Positions 9,319 through 17,700 of a stretch of DNA of 64,000 nucleotides are shown piece after piece. Position numbers and translations under genes: made by a program. Under the pieces are notes generated by a model that made no database searches, had not been told where the DNA came from, and saw only the letters and a program-made list of their open reading frames with translations. The stretch lies in NCBI GenBank assembly GCA_017513095.1, contig JAFWDJ010000011.1, positions 731 through 64,730 on the forward strand, read 5' to 3'. The stretch's first letter is position 1. Every line of letters begins with the position of its first letter. The DNA comes from Clostridia bacterium. Lineage in GTDB: Bacteria; Bacillota; Clostridia; Oscillospirales; RGIG577.

Positions 9319-9347
9319 TTGACAAACGAAGCGCGCGGCAATAGAAT
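9319..9347 (+). promoter_or_regulatory. Sigma-A-type promoter of the hydE-like gene
   Basis: TTGACA-17 nt-TAGAAT, divergent from the cysK promoter. Confidence 0.5.
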
Positions 9348-9460
9348 TTAAGCATATCAATCATATAGGTTTAATTATAATTATGCTTTTCAGCGCAGAT
9401 ATATATTTTCCGCGCACGTTATGGTACAATAAATCTATAAGATTTTACGGAGTTATTTTT

Positions 9461-10516
9461 ATGACGGATCATATTGAGCTTATAAATACGCTAAAAGAAA
9501 CGCGCAGCCTTTCGGACGAGGGATTAAAGGCGCTTATGCGCGGCGGCGGGGAGTGCGACGCTGCTCTCTTTTCGGCCGCCGACACCGTGCGCCGCGCGAT
9601 ATACGGCGACAAGGTATATATTCGCGGGCTTATCGAATTTACGAATTACTGTAAGAACAACTGCTATTACTGCGGCATACGGCGCGCAAACCAAAGCCTT
9701 CAGCGCTACCGCCTTTCTGCGGACGAGATACTTGAGTGCTGCGCCGAGGGGTACTCTCTCGGCTTTCGCACCTTCGTGCTTCAGGGCGGCGAGGACCCGT
9801 ATTATACGGACAAGGTGTTCTGCGGCATAATCGAAAGGATTCGCGCCGCGTTCCCCGACTGCGCGATAACGCTCTCCGTCGGGGAAAAGCCGAAGGAAAG
9901 CTATCAGGCGTATTTCGACGCGGGCGCAAACCGCTATCTTTTGCGGCACGAGACGGCCACGGACGCGCATTACAGGCGGCTTCATCCCGAAAGCATGAGC
10001 CTTGAAAACAGAAAGCGCTGCCTTTATTGGCTAAAGGAGATCGGTTTCGAGGTAGGCTCCGGCTTTATGGTGGGCTCGCCGTATCAGACGCCGGACGATC
10101 TGTTACGCGACCTTCGCTTTTTAGGTGAGCTTCGGCCCGACATGATAGGCATAGGGCCGTTTCTTACGCACCCCGAAACGCCCTTTGCGGGCTTTGAGAA
10201 CGGAAGCTTTGAGCTTACGCTTCGGCTTATATCCATACTGCGCCTTATGTTCCCGTACGCGCTCATTCCCGCGACTACGGCGCTCGGTACGATTCGTCCC
10301 GACGGGCGCGAAATGGGGCTTCGCGCGGGCGCGAACGTAGTAATGCCCAATCTCTCCCCCGTTCGCACGCGAAAGCTCTATGAGCTTTACGAAAACAAGA
10401 TATGCACGGGAGAGGAATCGGCGCAGTGCCGCGGCTGTCTTGAGCGGCGCGTAGAGTCCGCGGGTTACCGCATTGTCACCGACATAGGCAGCGCAAAGCG
10501 CGAGACGAAAAGATAA
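9461..10516 (+). CDS. hydE: [FeFe]-hydrogenase maturase HydE-like radical SAM enzyme
   Basis: The start was moved to the ATG at 9461 (MTDHIELI). It has the CKNNCYYCGIRRAN radical SAM motif. The blocks FVLQGGEDPYY, RYLLRHETA and IPATTALGTI match my memory of Thermotoga HydE along the whole length. Confidence 0.7.
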   Translation: MTDHIELINTLKETRSLSDEGLKALMRGGGECDAALFSAADTVRRAIYGDKVYIRGLIEFTNYCKNNCYYCGIRRANQSLQRYRLSADEILECCAEGYSLGFRTFVLQGGEDPYYTDKVFCGIIERIRAAFPDCAITLSVGEKPKESYQAYFDAGANRYLLRHETATDAHYRRLHPESMSLENRKRCLYWLKEIGFEVGSGFMVGSPYQTPDDLLRDLRFLGELRPDMIGIGPFLTHPETPFAGFENGSFELTLRLISILRLMFPYALIPATTALGTIRPDGREMGLRAGANVVMPNLSPVRTRKLYELYENKICTGEESAQCRGCLERRVESAGYRIVTDIGSAKRETKR

Positions 10517-10537
10517 TATTTAAAGGAATTTTGCCAT

Positions 10538-11611
10538 ATGAACAACAAGGCCATAATCGCCATGAGCGGCGGCGTGGACTCGAGCGTAGCGGCGTATCTT
10601 ATGAAGGAGCGCGGATACGACTGCATCGGAGTCACGATGAAGCTTTTTTATAATGAGGACGCGGGCGTCCCGCGCGAGCAGAGCTGCTGCTCCCTCGAGG
10701 ACACCGAGGACGCGCGAAGCGTCGCGCGCTCTTTGGGTATGCCGCACTATGTTTTCAACTTCTCGGATAAGTTCCGCGAGTGCGTTATCGACCGCTTCGT
10801 ATATTCGTACGAGAACGGCATGACGCCCAATCCCTGCATCGACTGCAATAAGTATCTTAAGTTCGACAAGATGTTCCTTCGCGCGCGCGAGCTCGGGTGC
10901 AGCTATGTCGTCACGGGCCATTACGCGCGGATAGAGTATAACGAAAAAACAGGGCGCTATATCTTAAAAAAGGGCGCCGACGCGAATAAGGACCAAAGCT
11001 ACGTCCTCTATTCCATGACGCAGGAGCAGCTTATGCACACGATATTCCCGCTCGGCGGCATGACGAAGGACGAAATACGCGCCATAGCCGAAAAAAACGG
11101 CTTTATAAACGCAAAAAAGCGCGACAGTCAGGACATCTGCTTCGTGCCCGACGGAAAATACGCCGATTTTATCGAGCGTTACACGGGAAGAACGTACCCC
11201 GAGGGCGACTTTGTCGATAAAAACGGAAACGTACTCGGCCGACACCGCGGCATAATCCGTTACACGGTGGGACAAAGGAAGGGACTCGGCCTTGCGCTTC
11301 CCGAGCCGCTATACGTATCAGACGTCGACCCCGCGAAGAACACAGTAACGCTTGCGAAGAACAGCGAGCTTTTTTCAAGCGTGCTCATCGCGAAGAATAT
11401 AAACCTCATCCCCGTAGAAAAGATCGCGTCGCCCGTGCGCCTCAGCGCAAAGGTGCGCTACCGCCATCCCGAGGCGGCCGCCACGGTCACGCAGCTCGAC
11501 GCGGACACGATAAAGGTTGAATTTGACACGCCGCAGCGCGCGGTCACGCGCGGTCAGGCCGTCGTACTGTACGACGGAGACGCCGTGTTCGGCGGCGGCA
11601 CGATAGTATAG
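10538..11611 (+). CDS. mnmA: tRNA 2-thiouridine(34) synthase
   Basis: The PP-loop is AMSGGVDSSVAAYL. The catalytic Cys regions are NPCIDCN and SQDICF. Length is 357 aa. Confidence 0.95.
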   Translation: MNNKAIIAMSGGVDSSVAAYLMKERGYDCIGVTMKLFYNEDAGVPREQSCCSLEDTEDARSVARSLGMPHYVFNFSDKFRECVIDRFVYSYENGMTPNPCIDCNKYLKFDKMFLRARELGCSYVVTGHYARIEYNEKTGRYILKKGADANKDQSYVLYSMTQEQLMHTIFPLGGMTKDEIRAIAEKNGFINAKKRDSQDICFVPDGKYADFIERYTGRTYPEGDFVDKNGNVLGRHRGIIRYTVGQRKGLGLALPEPLYVSDVDPAKNTVTLAKNSELFSSVLIAKNINLIPVEKIASPVRLSAKVRYRHPEAAATVTQLDADTIKVEFDTPQRAVTRGQAVVLYDGDAVFGGGTIV

Positions 11612-11621
11612 CAATAAATTT

Positions 11622-11652
11622 AAAGGGAAGCCCGCATTCGGGGCTTCCCTTT
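11622..11652. terminator. Bidirectional terminator between mnmA and ridA
   Basis: AAAGGGAAGCCC-GCATTCG-GGGCTTCCCTTT forms a 12-bp stem. The A/T tracts are part of the stem ends. Confidence 0.6.
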
Positions 11653-11660
11653 CGTCTGAT

Positions 11661-12036
11661 TCATCGTTTTACGGCAACGGCCTCGATTTCCACGAGCGCG
11701 CCTTTTGGCAGCTTTGCGGCCTCCACACAGCTTCGCGCGGGCTTTCCCGTGAAATGCTTTGCGTAGACCTCGTTGAACGCGGCGAAATCGTTCATGCTCT
11801 GTAAGAAGCAAACGGTCTTAACGACCGTCTCTAAGTCCCACGCCCGCCGCTTCCAATACTGCGCCGAGGTTTTTTATCGCCTGCTCGGTCTGAGTTACTA
11901 TGTCGCTGCCCGTCATCGCACCCGTTTCGGGATCGAGCGGTATCTGCCCCGAAGTAAATATAAAGCCTCCCGCTTCTATGGCCTGCGAATACGGGCCTAT
12001 CGCCTTCGGCGCGTTATTCGTCTGTATCGTTTTCAC
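11661..12036 (-). pseudogene. ridA: RidA/YjgF-family deaminase interrupted by a +1 frameshift
   Basis: The N-terminal 72 aa (MKTIQTNNAPKAIGPYSQAI...[10 protein letters not shown]) end at a TAA at 11818. The rest of RidA ([54 protein letters not shown]) continues in the -1 frame to 11661. The total span is 376 nt, which is 125 codons plus 1 nt. The extra base is in the CC at 11825-11826. Confidence 0.8.
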
Positions 12037-12778
12037 TTACTTCACCCTCTTTTTTATTTTTGTTTATAATATCCTTTATTACCTCGCCCGCCATGATAAA
12101 TCCGACTACGGGCGGCACGAACGACACGCTGCCGGGCGCGTGGCGCGAGTGGCTGAGCATTTCGTCGTCGGGCGTCTGCCCATCGGCAAACGACAGCGGC
12201 GGCTCCTTTGAATAGACGGTCTTCAGGCTGTCAATGCCGCGCCGTTTAAGCTCGCGGCGCATTACACGCGCAAGCGGACAGACGGACGTGTCGTATATAT
12301 CGGCGACCTCGAACGCCGTGGGGTCGAGCTTATTGCCCGCGCCCATCGAGCTTATCACGGGCACTCCGGCCGCGCGCGCGTTCTCTATAAGGCAGAGCTT
12401 GCCCTTTATTGTATCTATCGCGTCGACAATATAGTCGTATTTCGAAAAGTCGAACTCCCCCGCAGTTTCGGGCGTGTAGAACGTATTGTACGTCGTAACG
12501 ATAAGATTCGGGTTTATATCAAGGCAGCGCTCCCGCGCGACGTCCGTTTTATACCGTCCCACGGTGCCGGAAAGCGCGTAAATCTGGCGGTTAATATTCG
12601 TAATGCTCACCCTGTCGCTGTCGATTAGGTCAATCGCGCCTAACCCTCCGCGCGCGAGCGCCTCCGCGGCCGCGCCGCCGACGCCGCCGATGCCGAACAC
12701 CGCGACGCGTGAGCGCGCAAGCGCCTCCATGGCCGATGGGCCGAAAATTATCTTCGTTCTTGAAAATCTGTCGGGCAT
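12014..12778 (-). CDS. tcdA: tRNA threonylcarbamoyladenosine dehydratase (ThiF/MoeB-type E1-like, CsdL/TcdA)
   Basis: The start was moved to the ATG at 12778 (MPDRFSRTKIIFG). The Rossmann motif is GIGGVGGAAAEALARGG. DLIDSDRVSITNINRQ matches the TcdA family. Confidence 0.8.
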   Translation of the reverse strand: MPDRFSRTKIIFGPSAMEALARSRVAVFGIGGVGGAAAEALARGGLGAIDLIDSDRVSITNINRQIYALSGTVGRYKTDVARERCLDINPNLIVTTYNTFYTPETAGEFDFSKYDYIVDAIDTIKGKLCLIENARAAGVPVISSMGAGNKLDPTAFEVADIYDTSVCPLARVMRRELKRRGIDSLKTVYSKEPPLSFADGQTPDDEMLSHSRHAPGSVSFVPPVVGFIMAGEVIKDIINKNKKEGEVSENDTDE

Positions 12779-12897
12779 AAAATCATTTCCTGTGCTAAAA
12801 TTATTATATATCAGATAAAATGATAGCAAATATATACTAATCGGTCAATATATAATACAATGCCTTGTGTTCAAGTCTACAAAAAAGCATTTTCCTA

Positions 12898-12926
12898 TTG
12901 ACTCAATAGGTTTATTGCGTTATAAT
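12898..12926 (+). promoter_or_regulatory. Sigma-A promoter of nifS-nifU
   Basis: TTGACT-17 nt-TATAAT, followed by a ~125-nt hairpin-rich leader. Confidence 0.6.
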
Positions 12927-13053
12927 CCCTTTAGCTAACGGGAAGGCCGTATTATATGCGTTCGAGCGTCTGAGTTTGCCCTATGCGTAATGGACGGCCC
13001 TTCGCGCAGTAAATACGCCGTGAAACATCGCGGCACTTTCAGAAGGTGATTTT

Positions 13054-14244
13054 ATGCAGATCTACGCAGATAACGCCGCAACTACGAAGATGAGCCGCGC
13101 GGCAATAGATGCGATGACTTCTTATATGAACGAAGTCTACGGCAATCCGTCAAGTCTCCATTCCATCGGACAGACGGCGGCCGAGGCGCTTATGGACGCG
13201 CGCGAGAGAGTCGCGGCCGTTTTAGGCGCGAAGCCCCGCGAGATATACTTTACCTCGGGCGGCAGCGAGGCCGACAATCAGGCGATAATTTCGGCGGCGA
13301 CGTTCGGCGCGAAAAAGGGCAAAAAGCACATCGTTTCCACCGCATTCGAGCATCACGCCGTACTTCACACGCTCGACAAATTGAGAAAGCAGGGCTTTGA
13401 AATAACGCTTCTCGATCCGCACGAGTGCGGCATAATAACGGCCGAGGAAGTGGCGGCCGCTATACGCGACGATACGGCGCTCGTTACCGTTATGTACGCG
13501 AACAACGAGATAGGCACCATACAGCCTATCGCTGAAATCGGCGCCGTATGCAAGGAGCGCGGCGTTATATTCCACACCGACGCGGTACAGGCCGTCGGAC
13601 ACATTAAAATCAACGTAAAAGAGCAGAATATCGATATGCTCTCGCTTTCGGCGCATAAATTCCACGGCCCCAAGGGCGTGGGCGCGCTCTACTGCCGCCT
13701 CGGCATACCGCTTACGAATATCATCGAGGGCGGCGCACAGGAGCGCGGAAAGCGCGCGGGCACCGAGAATATACCCGCCATCATGGGTATGGCCGCGGCT
13801 ATTGAGGAAGCCTCGGCAAAAATAGACGAAAACCGCGAGAAGCTCACGAAAATGCGCGACAGGCTCATCGAGGGCTTGTCCGAGATACCGCACTCCATAT
13901 TGAACGGCGCGCAGAATCCGCGCCTCCCCGGCAGCGTGAATATGTGCTTCGAGGGCATCGAGGGCGAATCACTTCTGCTTCTTCTTGACGCGAAGGGCGT
14001 ATGCGCGTCGTCGGGCTCCGCATGTACCTCCGGCTCTCTCGACCCGAGCCATGTTCTTCTGGCGATAGGCCGCCCCCACGAGGTCGCTCACGGGTCGCTT
14101 CGCCTCACGCTCTGCGAGGACAACACGATGGAGGAAGTTGAATATATTATCAAGGCAGTCAAGGAAGTTGTTGCTTATTTAAGGGAAATGTCACCCGTTT
14201 GGCATGATTTGAAGGAGGGTAAAAAGAAGTATGTTATACAGTAA
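13054..14244 (+). CDS. nifS: Cysteine desulfurase (NifS/IscS type)
   Basis: The PLP lysine is in [10 protein letters not shown] and the active-site Cys loop is SSGSACTSG. Length is 396 aa. Confidence 0.92.
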   Translation: MQIYADNAATTKMSRAAIDAMTSYMNEVYGNPSSLHSIGQTAAEALMDARERVAAVLGAKPREIYFTSGGSEADNQAIISAATFGAKKGKKHIVSTAFEHHAVLHTLDKLRKQGFEITLLDPHECGIITAEEVAAAIRDDTALVTVMYANNEIGTIQPIAEIGAVCKERGVIFHTDAVQAVGHIKINVKEQNIDMLSLSAHKFHGPKGVGALYCRLGIPLTNIIEGGAQERGKRAGTENIPAIMGMAAAIEEASAKIDENREKLTKMRDRLIEGLSEIPHSILNGAQNPRLPGSVNMCFEGIEGESLLLLLDAKGVCASSGSACTSGSLDPSHVLLAIGRPHEVAHGSLRLTLCEDNTMEEVEYIIKAVKEVVAYLREMSPVWHDLKEGKKKYVIQ

Positions 14245-14668
14245 GAAGGTAATGGATCATTTTCAGCATCCGAGAAACGTGGGCATAATCGAAGACGCAA
14301 GCGGCGTAGGCGAGGTCGGCAACGCAAAGTGCGGCGACATCATGAAGATATACTTAAAGATAGATAACGACGTTATAACCGACGTAAAGTTCAATACGTT
14401 CGGCTGCGGCTCCGCAATCGCTACGAGCTCCATGGCGACCGAGCTTATAAAGGGCAAGCCCGTCTCCGAGGCGCTTGAGCTTACTAATAAGGCCGTTGTT
14501 GAGGCGCTCGACGGACTTCCGGCACACAAACTTCACTGCTCCGTGCTTGCCGAGGAGGCCGTAAAGGCAGCCGTAAAGGATTATTACGACAAGAACGGCA
14601 TAGAATACGACCACACTCTCTTCCCCGACTGTGAGAACTGCGGCAGCTGCGACAGCTGCAAAAGCTAA
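14231..14668 (+). CDS. nifU: Fe-S cluster scaffold protein (NifU N-terminal/IscU type) with Cys-rich tail
   Basis: [18 protein letters not shown] starts the protein. The three scaffold Cys residues lie in [15 protein letters not shown] and LHCSVLA. The gene overlaps nifS by 14 nt. The C-terminal tail is [12 protein letters not shown]. Confidence 0.9.
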   Translation: MLYSKKVMDHFQHPRNVGIIEDASGVGEVGNAKCGDIMKIYLKIDNDVITDVKFNTFGCGSAIATSSMATELIKGKPVSEALELTNKAVVEALDGLPAHKLHCSVLAEEAVKAAVKDYYDKNGIEYDHTLFPDCENCGSCDSCKS

Positions 14669-14684
14669 TTAAGAATATACGCAC

Positions 14685-14722
14685 AAAATCCCGCCTTTCA
14701 TTGCGAAAGGCGGGATTTTTTT
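14685..14722 (+). terminator. Intrinsic terminator after nifU
   Basis: AAAATCCCGCCTTT-CATTGCG-AAAGGCGGGATTTT followed by a T-run. Confidence 0.75.
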
Positions 14723-14736
14723 ATTATCGAAATACG

Positions 14737-14765
14737 AAAGAGGCGGCCCAAAGGCCGCCTCTTTT
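14737..14765 (-). terminator. GC-rich hairpin after the giant protease gene
   Basis: AAAGAGGCGGCC-CAAA-GGCCGCCTCTTT lies 16 nt past the stop at 14781. The U-tail is weak. Confidence 0.5.
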
Positions 14766-14780
14766 GGCTTATTCTATGCT

Positions 14781-17700
14781 TTAAGCTTCGTTCATAAGCT
14801 CAATAAAGCGATGGAGTATCGCCGCCGTCTGGGCGCGCGTTGCGCTGCCCTGCGGATTTAAGGTGTTCTCGTCCATGCCGGTTATTATGCCGTTCATGCA
14901 GCACCAGGATACAGCCTCGAACGCCCAATCGGAGATGTCGCCTGCGTCGTCGAAGTCAAGTCTCATGCTCCATGCGCCCTCGAAGCCGCCGCCCGAAAGC
15001 TTTACGTAACGGTAGATTATTGTCGCCATCTGCTCGCGCGTAATCGTATCGTCGGGGCCGAACGTCTTTTCGTTATAGCCCGTCACAACGCCGTTTTCGG
15101 CCGCCCACGTTACCGCGTCACGGCAGTACGAGAGGCTTCCCACGTCATCGAACGGACATTCGCCCGTAACCTCGGGAGAGCCCGCGAGGCGATAAAGCAC
15201 GGTGACTATCATGCCGCGCGTAGTCTTTAGGTCGGGCGAGAAGTGAGTCTCGTCAGTGCCGACCATGAGACCGTTCTCGTATACGTACTTTACGTCGCCG
15301 TAGAACCACTGTCCCTCGGATACGTCAACGAAGGGCAGTCCGCCGGAGGGCTCCGTCTTTTCTGTCCACTTCGCGTAAACGGTCGTGTTCGAGCTTATCG
15401 TAATAGGCGCGGTTATCGGCTTCGTAAGCTCCTTATCGCTGTACCAGCCGTCGAACTCGTATCCGTCCCTTACGGGCACGTACTTCGAAAGGTCTACCTT
15501 GCCGCCGCTTACGACAACGCTGTCCATCGCGATGCCGCCGTCCGTGTCGAACGTTATGCGGAAGCTCGATTTGCCGGAGCTGCCGCCCCCGCCTCCGCCG
15601 GAGCCTGACTGCTTCGTAAATACAGCCGTGGTCACGGTACTCGGCTTAAGTCCGTCAGCGAAGGCAACTGCCTTTACGGTCGTGGTGTCGCTTATCGCGA
15701 ACGGTGCGGCGTAGGGCGTCGAATTCTCGTCGGGAGCGCTTCCGTCAACTGTGTAGTAAATCTTTGCGCCCTCGGTCGCGCTCGCAATCGTAACCGTCGT
15801 GCTGTTTTGGAACGTGCCGCCCGCGGGCGATATAACGGGGGCCGCCGCGGATGCGGGCTCTTCCATAAGGCTTACGTCAAGCGTTATGCCCGTCGTTGTA
15901 TGCGTGAGCGTGAGCGTCGTATCATTCTCCGTGAGCACCGTGCCGGGCTCAATCGAGTACGTTATGCCGTATTTTTCAATCTTTTCATACGGAGCCTCGC
16001 TTACGGTGCCGTCGGAGAGGCTTATGTTAAGTACCATGTCGCTTAATTTGAGCGGCTCGCCCACTGTCTGCTTCGCGGGCGGAGTCTTAAGCGCAAGACC
16101 CGTCACCTGTGCGACAACGCGCGTGTTCGTTACCGTCACGGGGCTTCCCACGGGCTTCCACGATACGCCGTTGTAGCGGTATTCCTGATAAGTTATGCTG
16201 CCTACCGCGGTCGCGCCGTCGGTCTTGGGATAGTAGGGCGTTACGACCGTCGTCTCGCTCTCGGCAAGCTCGGCACCGGCCATAACTACGCCGTCCTCGG
16301 TTATCTGCCAGCTTACGGGGATGAACTTCGTATCTCCCTCGACCTTGCCCTCAAGGTCGTAATTATCGGCAACGCTCCACATCCAGCAGCGCTTATCGAC
16401 TACGATGTTGTCGCTGCGGCAGAACTCGACCTTATTGTTCGCGGGATCCGCCGTAACGGGGCCGCGAACGACCACAACGCCGCGCGCCGCCGAAAGTCCG
16501 CCGCACTCCGCGAATATCGTCGCCGTGCCCTCGGACACCGCCGTTACCTTGCCGTTTGCGTCTACCGATGCGACCTCGGCGTCATTTGTGCTCCACGTGA
16601 TGGCTTCGCTTCCGTCGCCGCCGGTCAGAACGATTTTCGCGCTTAAATCGGCGCTGTCGCCTACGGTCATATTCTCGTTTTCATAATCCGCGAACGCGAT
16701 CGCCGTAACGGGAGGCGTCGGGTTCTTTTCGGGTACCGTAAGAAGGCCCGAATCGTACTTCGCGCCGAGTGCCATGCCGTTGTAGCACGACACCTCGCCG
16801 TCAATCGTCACTCTGAACGACGCGCCTACGGGCAGCGGATCGAAGGCGGTCTGGTCTATCGCATAGATAAACTCACGGCCTACCGTAACACCGCTCTGTG
16901 CGCCGCCCTCCGTGGGCGTCTGCTTTGCTCCCTCGGCGGTCACGGTCGCGTCGGCGGCCGTAATCTCGCCGGAAAGCTCGGTATCGCCGAAGAATATGCG
17001 AACGCTTCCGTCGCCCTTCAGGGAGTCGAGCGTCATATACTTATCGAACGTGATATAGATTACCTCGCCGTTCTTATCGGCGCGGACCTCTGTCACCGCG
17101 GGCGTGCCCGTGGACGTCATGTTGATATCGACGTCGAGATGCGGAGGCGGTACGGGAAGTACCATGCTTTCCGCGGGCAGATATCCCGCCTTTTCAAATA
17201 CGACCTTCCATGCGCCCGCAAGAACGTCCCATCCGTAGTGACCGTCCGCGTCCGTAGACAGCGGGTTCTCAGGCTGGCCGTAATCCGTCGAGTTCCAAAG
17301 CGTCCATGCGCCTTCCTCGCTCCACGCGGGCAGCGTCTGCCAGTATTCGCTCTGCCACTCGGCGTTGCTTTCGTCAAATCCCGCGGGAACGCTGCCGTTG
17401 TAATAGTACAGCGAAGCCTTAACGCCCGAAAGCGTGTTCGCAGTATTTACCTCGTAGACCGTGCCCGAGGGGTCGATAAGCGAATTGTTGGATCTGGGCG
17501 CGGTGCTGTTGGCTCCGCCTGCGGGCGGCTGCTTGCCGTTCGGAGGATCGCAGTCGGGATTGCTTCCGCCGCCTCCTCCTCCGCCTCCGTCAGGATCAAG
17601 GTCCTTCAGAGCGTTGTTTATATCCTGAAGATGCTTCTTCTGGGCGTCATACAGCGAATCTATAACATTGTCCTTCTGGCTTAACGTTGCGTCTCCCAAA

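Noticed and set aside
12927-13053. Known riboswitch or T-box in the nifS leader, and likewise in the cysK leader at 9116-9262
   Set aside because: Both leaders contain hairpins. The nifS leader has GGGAAGGCCGT...ACGGCCCTTC and GCCGTG-AAACAT-CGCGGC. I could not find a T-box sequence (no GGTGGTACCGCG-like motif), a SAM-I/S-box core or other signatures I know. I leave them as unclassified structured leaders.
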